Shown piece after piece: positions 9,254 through 19,186 of a stretch of DNA of 64,000 nt. Positions within the stretch are counted from its first letter, which is position 1. Each line of letters starts with the position of its first letter. The position numbers were made by a program, and so were the translations under genes. The stretch is from Bacteroidota bacterium (GTDB lineage: Bacteria; Bacteroidota; Bacteroidia; UKL13-3), in NCBI GenBank assembly GCA_040388375.1, contig JAZKBU010000005.1, positions 352,395 to 416,394 of the forward strand, written 5' to 3'. The notes under the pieces were generated by a model. The model worked only from the letters and a program-made list of their open reading frames with translations, had not been told where the DNA came from and ran no database searches.

Positions 9254-9727
9254 TTAATGAACCAATTTATTGGCACAGTAGCTACTGGCAAAAGCATCGG
9301 GTTTGGCTTTAAAAACAAAGCCCATTCCTTTTATATAACCCATTGCTTCGCTCAGTGCGCTATTTGATTTAAACTGAGGGTTTGTATTAATATCAGCATG
9401 TACTTCCATCTCCACATTGTATAGCTCTAATAAAGGACATATTTCGTAAGCTATACTTATTGATTTGGCTACTTCGGTAAGCATTCTTTCTTTAATGGAC
9501 ATGGGTTGATGGGTTTTATCGTTACTGATAAACATAAAGCCACCTCTTTTCTTTCTTAGAAATACAATAACAGTGGCAAACTGTGTTACATTACTATAAA
9601 CCTGGCTATCAGTTCCAATACAAACTTTCAGAAAATTACCGGCTTGTGTTTCTTTAATAATTGCTTGTTCTACTTCATTAACAATGGAAGTATTCATTTT
9701 TTCACCATTTAACTTTGTCCATTCCAT
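9254..9727 (-). CDS. YkuK/DUF458-like RNase-H-fold protein (tentative)
   Basis: 157 aa containing an IGTDSQ motif like that of the YkuK family. Assignment is from memory of the family signature only. Confidence 0.45.
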   Translation of the reverse strand: MEWTKLNGEKMNTSIVNEVEQAIIKETQAGNFLKVCIGTDSQVYSNVTQFATVIVFLRKKRGGFMFISNDKTHQPMSIKERMLTEVAKSISIAYEICPLLELYNVEMEVHADINTNPQFKSNSALSEAMGYIKGMGFVFKAKPDAFASSYCANKLVH

Positions 9728-9829
9728 GATTACTTTATTAAAGTTATAATAGGGACAAGTAAGTTAAATTTTTACTACTAAACAAGTAAGCAATAATTAA
9801 TTAACAGGAAATAGGAATAGGTGTTTTGT

Positions 9830-11041
9830 TTATTTAGTGGCTTGTGGAATGTACTCGTACACTACTTGAAAATTCGTTTTTTTCAATTCGGTGGTAATTT
9901 GTCCAATCAATAAATCTTCCGCTTGTGGGGTCGGATCGCATATAGAGTATTTGCGTCCGTTATAAGTTATTGGTTTGCCTTGTGGTTTATCAAATTGCAC
10001 TGCTATAGTTACATGTGTTGGATACAATAAAGCTATCATTGGCAGGTTGTATATTTCTTTTACTAGGTAAAAAAATAAAGCTGCTCTGTCGTCACAGTCG
10101 CTGTGTTCGTATAATAAAGTTTGCTCTGGCGATAATCTTTTTTCTTTGCCAAAATTGTCCTGATCGTTCTCGTATAAGAATGCATAACGGGTAAAATGCA
10201 TTAAGTAATCAATACCTTCTTTTTGACTTAAGCTTTGTATATTGGCTTTTAATAATGGTATTAATGTACTGTGAGTTTCTCTGCTTAGTGGAATGTTAAA
10301 GTAAGTAGCAAAATCAACTACAGGATAGTTTTTAAATATGGTTTGTACCTCATTGTTTAACTTAACTTTAAAATGGTAGCTTTTTTCTTTATAGTTAAAC
10401 GATAAATCTTTTTCGGCATAAGTTTCCGGTTTGAAATTAGGTAACTGGGTTACTTTATACGAAAATGAATTAATTGCTTCCGGAATGTCAATGTTGATAG
10501 CAAATAGTTTTTCTGTTTCAAAATTTATTTTGCCATAATCATGGTAGTTTAAACAAACATACTGTTTGCCATTGCTCATGTAAAAAGGAATATCGTAAAT
10601 ATTGTCGTCACTTTTTACGTAAAACAAAATTTGATTTTTGCCTATTACCAAGGTCGCATCGTAACCTGATTTGGCTAGCAAAAACCATTTGTACAAGGTA
10701 TAGCAATTATAGTTTTCTTGTTTTGGACTTAACTCTTGAGCTGTTTTCCTAATAAGCTGGTAGTATAACCAATCGTTTAAGTTAAGTTGTTTTTTGTAGG
10801 AAAGTAAAGTGTTTACCAGTGTTTCGTAATTGCCACCATCTAGCTGGTTGTAAAACGATTTGACAAATGATTCTGAAATTTCAAAGTCGTTTTTAAAAAT
10901 GGTTGATTGATTAATAGGAACGCTTATAGAATCGCCATAAAACTCAAATTTAACCAACTGGGTGTTCCATTGGCTGTACACTGGTTTTGTGTAACATAAA
11001 ACCAGCATGAATGAGTATAATATGATTAGTTTTTGTCTCAA
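9830..11041 (-). CDS. secreted transglutaminase-like (papain-fold) cysteine-peptidase-superfamily protein
   Basis: Signal peptide. The motif SDCDDRAALFFYLVKEIYNLPMIAL matches G-C-x-D-x-A-x-LF…IPAR of the transglutaminase core. It is followed by H in YPTHVTIA and D in ICDPTP. Confidence 0.5.
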   Translation of the reverse strand: MRQKLIILYSFMLVLCYTKPVYSQWNTQLVKFEFYGDSISVPINQSTIFKNDFEISESFVKSFYNQLDGGNYETLVNTLLSYKKQLNLNDWLYYQLIRKTAQELSPKQENYNCYTLYKWFLLAKSGYDATLVIGKNQILFYVKSDDNIYDIPFYMSNGKQYVCLNYHDYGKINFETEKLFAINIDIPEAINSFSYKVTQLPNFKPETYAEKDLSFNYKEKSYHFKVKLNNEVQTIFKNYPVVDFATYFNIPLSRETHSTLIPLLKANIQSLSQKEGIDYLMHFTRYAFLYENDQDNFGKEKRLSPEQTLLYEHSDCDDRAALFFYLVKEIYNLPMIALLYPTHVTIAVQFDKPQGKPITYNGRKYSICDPTPQAEDLLIGQITTELKKTNFQVVYEYIPQATK

Positions 11042-11343
11042 CGTATTAACCTGTTATTACAAATGTAAACTTAAATTAATAATTACATAACATTTAAAAT
11101 TAAAAAAAGCATAAGAGATTTTGTAATGGACTAAATCCGATACAAAATGTAATTGCTTGAAAATAAGAAAACTATTTGTAGTGTGGGCTAGCTTTTCGCT
11201 TTTAGGTTTAAAAGGAATGTTTAAAACATCACTTCGGCTTTATTTTTTGTCGTTTCAGTTATAAAAAATAGCATTTAAATAAGTAAGCCCTGCTTCCGCT
11301 AATTGATTAATAAGACTTTTGTGTTACAATTATTAACCAAACA

Positions 11344-13713
11344 ATGAAAACAACATTTAACTATTTACTTACCGTATTATTTTTAGGTTTTTTTACGGCT
11401 AATGCACAAGAGGTAACCCAAACAGCGAGGGGAACAATTTATGATAAAGACACCAAGCAGCCTTTAATTGGCGCTACTGTAATTATTATAAACGATACAA
11501 AGAAATTAGGCTCCATTACCGATGCAAATGGATTATTTAAAATTGAAAAAGTACCTGTAGGCCGACAAATTATTAAAGTTACTTATTTGGGCTATGAACC
11601 TTTGTTAATGCCTGATGTAATGGTAACAGCGGGTAAAGAAGTAGTACTTGAAATTGGGTTAACGGAAGCCTTAAAAAAGATGAATGATGTGGTTATTTCA
11701 TACGATAGGAAAAAAGACAGAACGGTAACGAACAATGAAATGGCAACGGTAAGTTCGCGTTCATTTAACCCTGATGATACTAAAAAATATGCAGGTGCTT
11801 TAGGCGATCCAAGCAGAATGGCGGCTAACTTTGCAGGAGTTGTTGCGGGTAACGATAGTAGAAATGATATAGTAGTAAGAGGTAATTCGCCAAGTGCTAT
11901 GTTGTGGCAATTGGAAGGTGTTAATATTCCTAATCCCAATCACTTTGGAAGTAATTTTGTTACAGGTGGCCCGGTAAGTATGTTAAATGCAAACAATATT
12001 GGTAAGTCTGATTTTTTTACGAGTGCATTTCCTGCACAATATGGTAATGCCAATGGAGGAGTGTTTGATTTGGTATTACGTGAAGGAAACAATGAAAAAC
12101 GTGAATTTATCGGGCAGATTGGTTTTAACGGGTTTGAGTTAGGGGCAGAAGGTCCTTTTAGTAAAAAAACAAAGGCTTCGTTTATATTTAACTATCGTTA
12201 TTCAACTTTAGGTTTACTTAAAAATGTGGGAGTAAATGCGGGAACAGGTTCTGCTACCCCATTGTATCAGGATTTAAACTTTAAAGTAGCCATACCAACT
12301 AAAGGAAAGGGTAAGTTTACAATATTTGGTATGGGCGGAATAAGCTCTATTGATTTATTGGCTAAGGATGTTGATACTGCTGGTGTTGATTTTTATGGTA
12401 ATGTATACCAGAACCAATTGCCCCGCTACAGTAAAGCATTGGTAGGAACAGCATTTGAAAAAAGTTTAAGCAGTAAAACATGGGCAAAAGCTACCTTGGC
12501 TTATAGCCATAGCGATGATTCGTACACAGCAGATAGTATTAACTTACCTAATACCACAACATGGCGCCAAGCCAAAGGAACTTTTTTGGATGATAAGTAT
12601 TCGGCAGTATTAAATATAACCCATAAGTTCAATGCTAAAAATACATTGAATATAGGTTTTACAAATGACTTAACGCTTTTTGATTATAAAAATTCAAATT
12701 ATTATTACTCAGGCACTGTTGATTCGGTAAGGGTTAACCAAACCGGAAACGTTAATTTAACCCAGGCTTATGCACAGTTAAAACACAGGTTTAATTCAAG
12801 GCTTACTTTAAATGTGGGCTTACATGCTCAATATTTTTCAGTGAATGAGAAAGCTGCCATTGAACCACGTGTTGGTGTTAGGTATGCTTTAAACGAAAAA
12901 TCAAGCATCAATTTTGGCTATGGATTACATCACCAAACATTGCCTATTTATAATTTGTACGTACAAAATGAATCGGGAGAGCGGACTAATAAAAAATTAG
13001 ATTTTATCCAGTCGAATCATTTGGTATTAGGTTACGAAAGACAAATCAGTTCATTGATTAAATTTAAAGTGGAAACATATTATCAATACTTAACCAATGT
13101 ACCTGTCAATAATTATGCGTCTACTTATTCAGCTTTAAATATAGGAGCTTCATTTTCGCCAAGCGATGAGTATAATTTAGTGAGTAGTGGAACAGGTCAA
13201 AACTATGGTGTGGAGTTAACATTGGAGCGATACTTTAACAAAGGTTTTTATTTTTTACTGACAGGTTCGTTGTTTGATAGTAAATACAAAGGCAGCGATG
13301 GGGTAGAGCGTAATACTGCTTTTAATACCAAATATGCAGCTAATTTTTTAGCAGGAAAAGAGTTTAACGTGGGTAAAAAAGGAAATATTTTATATGCCAA
13401 TATTAAACTAACTACTATTGGAGGTAAGTACATTACCCCACTTGATTTTGCTGCATCGCAAGCAAAAGGCGAAGCGGTATATAATGATGCAAATGCATTT
13501 AGCCAGAAACAAGATGCTTACTTTAGAACGGATTTAAAATTGGGTTACAGGCGTGATTTTAAAAAGAGTTCGATGGAGTTTGCCATCGATTTTCAAAACA
13601 TAACCAACCACCAGAATATATTCAGTCAGGGCTATAATAAATTGCGCAATAGTATTTCAACCAACTACCAGCAAGGATTTTTCCCTGTACCTATGTTTAG
13701 ATATACATTCTAA
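11344..13713 (+). CDS. TonB-dependent outer-membrane receptor with N-terminal carboxypeptidase-regulatory-like domain
   Basis: Signal peptide, CarbopepD_reg-like N-terminus (GTIYDKDTKQPLIGATVII), a plug region, a long beta-barrel and a terminal aromatic residue (…RYTF). Confidence 0.8.
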   Translation: MKTTFNYLLTVLFLGFFTANAQEVTQTARGTIYDKDTKQPLIGATVIIINDTKKLGSITDANGLFKIEKVPVGRQIIKVTYLGYEPLLMPDVMVTAGKEVVLEIGLTEALKKMNDVVISYDRKKDRTVTNNEMATVSSRSFNPDDTKKYAGALGDPSRMAANFAGVVAGNDSRNDIVVRGNSPSAMLWQLEGVNIPNPNHFGSNFVTGGPVSMLNANNIGKSDFFTSAFPAQYGNANGGVFDLVLREGNNEKREFIGQIGFNGFELGAEGPFSKKTKASFIFNYRYSTLGLLKNVGVNAGTGSATPLYQDLNFKVAIPTKGKGKFTIFGMGGISSIDLLAKDVDTAGVDFYGNVYQNQLPRYSKALVGTAFEKSLSSKTWAKATLAYSHSDDSYTADSINLPNTTTWRQAKGTFLDDKYSAVLNITHKFNAKNTLNIGFTNDLTLFDYKNSNYYYSGTVDSVRVNQTGNVNLTQAYAQLKHRFNSRLTLNVGLHAQYFSVNEKAAIEPRVGVRYALNEKSSINFGYGLHHQTLPIYNLYVQNESGERTNKKLDFIQSNHLVLGYERQISSLIKFKVETYYQYLTNVPVNNYASTYSALNIGASFSPSDEYNLVSSGTGQNYGVELTLERYFNKGFYFLLTGSLFDSKYKGSDGVERNTAFNTKYAANFLAGKEFNVGKKGNILYANIKLTTIGGKYITPLDFAASQAKGEAVYNDANAFSQKQDAYFRTDLKLGYRRDFKKSSMEFAIDFQNITNHQNIFSQGYNKLRNSISTNYQQGFFPVPMFRYTF

Positions 13714-13749
13714 ATTTAATTGATAAATTGCATAATATTTAATTTATAA

Positions 13750-14796
13750 ATGGCCATATCATCAAGAGCATTTGAAAAATTCATAAGTACTAAAGATATT
13801 ATTATCAGGCATTTGATAATAGTTGTAATATCATTAGTTTTTGGGTATTTATCTTACTTAAGTGCTCCAGTTAAAACCAGCCATTTTTTTATGAGAGCTT
13901 ATTTTTCAAACTTTATTTACATAGCACTTATTTGGAATGGAAACATCCTTTTAATGGGCATTGTAGATAAAGTTTATGATATTAATAAAGAAGTTAGAAA
14001 AAAGTTATTGCTATCGGCAGCGGTAGCATTGTTCTTGCCAATTTTTATGCACTATACCTATAGTTTTTGGTTCTTTCCTTTAATTAATGGCTTTGATTGC
14101 ACTGTAAATTCAAAGGAAAGTTTGACCTATTTAATTGTATCGGTGGTAAGTACTTTATTGGTAAATAGTATTTATATGTCAATAGAATTCTTTAACCATT
14201 GGCGTAAAACCTTAACCGAAAAAGAAGAGTTTAAAAGAACCAGTTTAAGTGCGGAGTTTGAAGCTTTAAAAAATCAGGTAAACCCACATTTTTTATTCAA
14301 CTCATTAAATACATTAAGCAGCTTAATTGACGAAAATCCAAAGCAGGCCAATGAGTTTGTTCAAAAGCTTTCCAGTGTATACCGTTACGTATTGGCACAT
14401 AGAGACAAGGAAACCGTTATGCTACAGGAAGAACTGGAGTTTATTAAATCGTATATTTTTTTAAATAAAATACGCTTTGGTGATAACCTAAGCACTGCTA
14501 TTGATATTAACGAGGAATGTTTTGGCTTACGCATTCCAACTCTGACATTACAAATGCTTGTGGAGAATGCCATTAAACACAATGTGATTTCATCGCAAAA
14601 ACCTTTACATATTACCATAGGTTGTAAAGATGGATTTATTGAAGTAAGCAATAATTTACAACCCAAACTAATGCTAGCTGAAAGCAGTGGAATAGGGCTT
14701 AGCAATATTATTGAACGCTATAAATTTTTAACCAAGCAAGAAGTACTTATTACTAAAACAGAAACTTGTTTTGTGGTGAAAGTCCCTTTGCTATAA
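13750..14796 (+). CDS. LytS/YehU-type sensor histidine kinase (His_kinase PF06580-like)
   Basis: Several N-terminal TM helices. The PF06580 core NPHFLFNSLNTLSSLI is followed by an ATPase domain (…LVENAIKHN…). Confidence 0.8.
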   Translation: MAISSRAFEKFISTKDIIIRHLIIVVISLVFGYLSYLSAPVKTSHFFMRAYFSNFIYIALIWNGNILLMGIVDKVYDINKEVRKKLLLSAAVALFLPIFMHYTYSFWFFPLINGFDCTVNSKESLTYLIVSVVSTLLVNSIYMSIEFFNHWRKTLTEKEEFKRTSLSAEFEALKNQVNPHFLFNSLNTLSSLIDENPKQANEFVQKLSSVYRYVLAHRDKETVMLQEELEFIKSYIFLNKIRFGDNLSTAIDINEECFGLRIPTLTLQMLVENAIKHNVISSQKPLHITIGCKDGFIEVSNNLQPKLMLAESSGIGLSNIIERYKFLTKQEVLITKTETCFVVKVPLL

Positions 14797-14840
14797 ATGG
14801 TATGTACAACAAACATTATTGTACTAAAAGTATAACATAA

Positions 14841-15608
14841 ATGAAGATTATTATTATAGAAGACGAGGCTCCTGCTTTGAGTAGAATAAAAAAAATGGTT
14901 TATGAACTTGAGCCAGATATAGAAATTATAGCAACGGCTGATAGTATAGAACAGGCAGTAAGTGTTATTAAGAAAAATAACCAGGTTGATTTAATTTTGA
15001 TGGATATTGAATTGGCCGATGGACAAAGTTTTGAAATATTTAATTTAGTAACCGTTCAAAGCCCGGTTATATTTACTACTGCCTATGATGAATTTGCGTT
15101 AAAAGCATTTAAAGTAAATAGCATTGACTATTTACTAAAGCCAATAGACAAGGATGAATTACAGAAGGCTTTTAGCAAATACAAAACATTGCAAAAGAGT
15201 AATAGCATAATGGATGTTAACCAGCAAATGCAAGAGTTATTGTTTAATTTAAAGCAGCCTAGCGGAGCTTATAAAAATAGGTTTTTGGTTAAGCAAGGGC
15301 AAAAATTAATCAGCATAGCTACGGATAATATTGCTTATTTCTTTACGCAAGATAAACTGTGTTATGTGCAAACAAACGGGAGCAGTAAATATGTAATTGA
15401 TTATACGTTGGATGAGTTAATGGGTATGGTAGATACAACTTTGTTTTTTCAATTAAACAGGCAAACCATAGCTTCTATTGCATGCATTCAATCGGTCCAT
15501 ACCTATTTTAACGGTAAACTTAAAGTAGAGTTGAAACCCTCTTTGAGTAACGAAGTAGTTGTTAGCCGTGAAAGGGCTGCGGAGTTTAAAGATTGGTTGG
15601 GCAAATAA
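14841..15608 (+). CDS. LytTR-family response regulator
   Basis: Receiver domain (IIIIEDEAPA…DLILMDIELADG) plus a C-terminal LytTR DNA-binding domain. Confidence 0.85.
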   Translation: MKIIIIEDEAPALSRIKKMVYELEPDIEIIATADSIEQAVSVIKKNNQVDLILMDIELADGQSFEIFNLVTVQSPVIFTTAYDEFALKAFKVNSIDYLLKPIDKDELQKAFSKYKTLQKSNSIMDVNQQMQELLFNLKQPSGAYKNRFLVKQGQKLISIATDNIAYFFTQDKLCYVQTNGSSKYVIDYTLDELMGMVDTTLFFQLNRQTIASIACIQSVHTYFNGKLKVELKPSLSNEVVVSRERAAEFKDWLGK

Positions 15609-15617
15609 AGTATGCAC

Positions 15618-16805
15618 TTATTTTATTTTAGAGCGTCTGGTACGTTCTTGTAAAATAAGTTTAAGTTCTCTTCCTGTTTGCCCTTTTACGCTGGTGTTTT
15701 CAGCAGCTCTTCTAAACAAATAAGGCAATACGGATTTTACAGGTCCATATGGTAAATACTTGGCTACATTATATCCCGCATCAGCTAAATTATAGCTTAA
15801 GTTATCACTCATACCATATAACTGACTAAAGTAAATGCGTCTGTCATTGTTAGGTATGTTTTTAGCCAACATTAATTCTGCTAATAATCTACTGCTTGTT
15901 TCATTATGCGTTCCTGCACAAATGCTAATGGTATCGATATTTTCAATGCAGTATCTTAACGCATTGTCATAGTCTTTATCACTCGTTTCTTTGGTAGGTT
16001 GAATAGGGTCAGTATAGTTTAGTTCTTGTGCACGTTTGCGCTCCTTCTCCATATAAGCACCCCTTACCAGTTTTAATCCTAAATAATAATTATTTGCTTT
16101 GGCCTCTTGGTGGCTTTCTTTTAAAAACACCAATCTATCGTGTCGGTATAGTTGAATGGTATTAAAAACAATGGCTTCTTGTTTATTAAACTTTTCCATC
16201 ATTTCATGGGCTAAATTATCAATAGCCGTTTGAATCCAGGTTTCTTCTGCATCAATAAAAATACGTACATTTTTATCGAAAGCTATTTTACATATTTTAT
16301 TTATTCGGGCTTTTACACGGCCATATTCGGTTTCTTCTTCAGTTGTTAATGTTTGGTTTGCTGTTACTTTTTCTAACAAGGCAAAACGTGCCAAACCAGT
16401 AACTTTAAACACACAAAATGGTATTTTGGGGTTTTGTGCAGCCTTTTCTATTGTTAAAATGGTTTCATCACAAGTGTGTTCAAAATCGTTTTCTTCTTCT
16501 TTTCCTTCTACCGAATAATCCAGTATGGTACCAATATTAAATTTGTATAAAGTGTCAATGGCTTTTTCGCAGTCGTTAATGCTTTCGCCTCCTACAAATT
16601 GCTGGTAAACTGTTTTTTTTATTAAACCTTTTATAGGTAAATGCAAATTAAATGCTAATTCTACCATAGGTGGACCCATTTTTACCAACCAATTTATGCC
16701 AATAGCTTTAAACAGATAATAAGAAGTGCGTAATTCGCTATTGTTCTTTGAACGAAAAGCTATTTCCGTATTCGAAAAATCCAGATTTAATATTTTATTA
16801 GTCAT
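15618..16805 (-). CDS. monofunctional proline dehydrogenase (PutA PRODH-domain family)
   Basis: 395 aa. The PRODH TIM-barrel signature is spread along the protein, with a C-terminal …YLPYGPV…YLFRRAAENTSV motif. Confidence 0.8.
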   Translation of the reverse strand: MTNKILNLDFSNTEIAFRSKNNSELRTSYYLFKAIGINWLVKMGPPMVELAFNLHLPIKGLIKKTVYQQFVGGESINDCEKAIDTLYKFNIGTILDYSVEGKEEENDFEHTCDETILTIEKAAQNPKIPFCVFKVTGLARFALLEKVTANQTLTTEEETEYGRVKARINKICKIAFDKNVRIFIDAEETWIQTAIDNLAHEMMEKFNKQEAIVFNTIQLYRHDRLVFLKESHQEAKANNYYLGLKLVRGAYMEKERKRAQELNYTDPIQPTKETSDKDYDNALRYCIENIDTISICAGTHNETSSRLLAELMLAKNIPNNDRRIYFSQLYGMSDNLSYNLADAGYNVAKYLPYGPVKSVLPYLFRRAAENTSVKGQTGRELKLILQERTRRSKIK

Positions 16806-16876
16806 AAATTGTTTTAAAGATAAAGTGTAATTTAGCCCCGCAATTATAACATATTACAAACATTGTTTTTGCTACA

Positions 16877-17950
16877 TTGATGAAAGTTATTTTCGATAAA
16901 AATTATAAAGTATTTTTTGGATCAGATGTTTTGAGTCATTTGGCTCAATCTATTATACAAAAATCTTATAGTCAGGTTTTTGTGTTGGTTGATGAAAATA
17001 CGGAAAAATTCTGTTTGCCAGTTTTAAAACCCTATTTAGAAAAGTTTACACTCATTAGAATGAAGAGTGGCGAGCATAATAAAAATTTAGAACAGGCCAC
17101 TATTATTTGGAATACTTTACAAAAAAATTTAGCCAACAGAAACAGTGTATTGCTTAATTTTGGTGGAGGTACTTTAAGCGACTTGGGTGGTTTTTGTGCC
17201 TCAACCTATAAAAGAGGTATTGACTTTATAAATATACCAACCACTTTACTCGCTATGGTCGATGCATCAATAGGAGGAAAGCAAGGAATTGATTTAAATA
17301 ATTATAAAAATTTAATAGGGGTGTTTAACCATCCTACACAGGTTTTCATCTATCCTCAGTTTATCGAAACTTTATCAGCAGCTGATAAGAGAAATGGTTT
17401 GGCTGAATTATTAAAACATGCTTTAATTGATGACAAAGAATTATTTGAGAAATTAATTAAAACAAGACAGATTGATTACCATCAGATAGAAAAATTCATA
17501 GAGAAGTCGACCAAAATTAAAATTAAAATAGTGAACAAAGACCCTTATGAAAAAGGGTTACGCAAAATGCTCAATTTTGGACACACCATTGGCCATGCTA
17601 TTGAAACGTATAGTTTAATAAATGATGCTAAACCTTTAAAACATGGAGAAGCTATAGCTATAGGTATTATTTGTGAATCGTATCTATCGAATAAAATGCT
17701 GAAATTGTCTAACAGCGATTTGAACAGTATTGTTAAGTTTATACAATACAATTTTGAAAAATACAGCAATCAATGGCGTTATGATGATTTAATAACCAAT
17801 ATGCATCACGATAAAAAGAACAATACCAATCAGATTAATTTTACTTTGTTAAAAAAGTTGGGTAAAGCTGAAATTGATTGCCATTGTAGCACGGAGCTTA
17901 TTATTGAATCGTTACAATTTTACGAATCGCTTTCCTTTTATAATTCATAA
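16877..17950 (+). CDS. aroB: 3-dehydroquinate synthase
   Basis: NFGGGTLSDLGGFCASTYKRGIDFINIPTTLLAMVDASIGGK is the DHQS NAD/metal-binding core. Confidence 0.9.
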   Translation: MMKVIFDKNYKVFFGSDVLSHLAQSIIQKSYSQVFVLVDENTEKFCLPVLKPYLEKFTLIRMKSGEHNKNLEQATIIWNTLQKNLANRNSVLLNFGGGTLSDLGGFCASTYKRGIDFINIPTTLLAMVDASIGGKQGIDLNNYKNLIGVFNHPTQVFIYPQFIETLSAADKRNGLAELLKHALIDDKELFEKLIKTRQIDYHQIEKFIEKSTKIKIKIVNKDPYEKGLRKMLNFGHTIGHAIETYSLINDAKPLKHGEAIAIGIICESYLSNKMLKLSNSDLNSIVKFIQYNFEKYSNQWRYDDLITNMHHDKKNNTNQINFTLLKKLGKAEIDCHCSTELIIESLQFYESLSFYNS

Positions 17951-19179
17951 TGTATAGTTTAGTTTATCAAAAAAAAGCACTAAACTATTGTTCCATTAAC
18001 CTACCTACCTCCAAGAGCATTAGTAACAGGGCATTAATATTAAATGCTTTTTTAAAGCAACAAGTCCAATTACATAACTTATCAACGGCTGACGATACGC
18101 AACTGATGGTTAAAGCACTTAGCCAATCGCAACCTGTTATAAACCTTGAAAATGCGGGTACCTGCATGCGCTTTTTAACAGCCTATTTTGCTTGTATGGA
18201 AAATCAGGTTACTGAATTGCTTTGTAACGAAAGGATGAAACAAAGACCGATTAAAGAATTGGTTGAGGTATTGAATTATTTGGGTGCGGATATTGAATAT
18301 TTAACACAAAGTAATTACCCTCCTTTAAAAATAAAAGGTGCTACACTATCAGGAAAGCCAGTTGAGATAGATGCTTCACAAAGCAGCCAATATATTACAG
18401 CTTTGATGTTAATTGGTCCGTTTATACAAAATGGATTGAGTATACAGCTAAAAGGGCAGGTAGCGTCCTTTGATTATATTAAAATGACAGCTTCATTAAT
18501 GGATGTTTTTGGGTTTGATGTTTTGGTAAATGAAACAAATATTGAAATTAAGCCATTAACTAAACCTATATTATTAATGGAGTATACTATTGAAAAGGAT
18601 TGGAGCAGTGCTGCTTTCTGGTATTTAATGGTAGCCCTGGAAGCGGACTTAAAAGTGTGTTTAAATGGATTGTCAAAAAGTAGTATACAAGGTGATAAAG
18701 TAACAGCCGAAATATTTGAAAAACTAGGAGTGAGGTCAGAAGAAATAGCTGAGGGTTTACTTATTTATAAATATAACAGCTCTGGTTCAGACATGCATTT
18801 TGACTTATCTGCATGTATTGATTTGGCTCCTGCTTTATGTGTGGCCTGTGCAGCACTCAATATAAAAGCAACCATATTTGGATTACAAAATTTGGTTATA
18901 AAGGAAAGTAACAGATTGGTCGTTATTGTTAATGAATTAAGTAAACTGGGCTACCACATTACACATACTTCTAACAGTATATTTATTGATCAAATGGTAC
19001 AAATTAATTATCAGAAAGCCGTTGTAATTGATACGTATGATGATCATAGAATAGCCATGGCATTTGCTCCTTTGGCTGTGCTGTTTTCGCAATTACAAAT
19101 AAAGGATATTAAGGTAGTGTCTAAATCCTATCCTGCTTATTTTGATGATTTAAGCAGGGTAGGGATTACTGTAAAATAG
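17950..19179 (+). CDS. aroA: 3-phosphoshikimate 1-carboxyvinyltransferase (EPSP synthase)
   Basis: 409 aa with an N-terminal KSISNRALILNA motif. It overlaps aroB by one base (ATGA). Confidence 0.9.
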   Translation: MYSLVYQKKALNYCSINLPTSKSISNRALILNAFLKQQVQLHNLSTADDTQLMVKALSQSQPVINLENAGTCMRFLTAYFACMENQVTELLCNERMKQRPIKELVEVLNYLGADIEYLTQSNYPPLKIKGATLSGKPVEIDASQSSQYITALMLIGPFIQNGLSIQLKGQVASFDYIKMTASLMDVFGFDVLVNETNIEIKPLTKPILLMEYTIEKDWSSAAFWYLMVALEADLKVCLNGLSKSSIQGDKVTAEIFEKLGVRSEEIAEGLLIYKYNSSGSDMHFDLSACIDLAPALCVACAALNIKATIFGLQNLVIKESNRLVVIVNELSKLGYHITHTSNSIFIDQMVQINYQKAVVIDTYDDHRIAMAFAPLAVLFSQLQIKDIKVVSKSYPAYFDDLSRVGITVK

Positions 19180-19186
19180 TTATTAG

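Noticed and set aside
11042-11343. Looked for a cobalamin or other riboswitch in the 302-bp leader of the TonB-dependent receptor
   Set aside because: No B12-box (GCCACTG-like) and no other conserved riboswitch core motif is recognisable by eye. The region is AT-rich with no obvious conserved stems.
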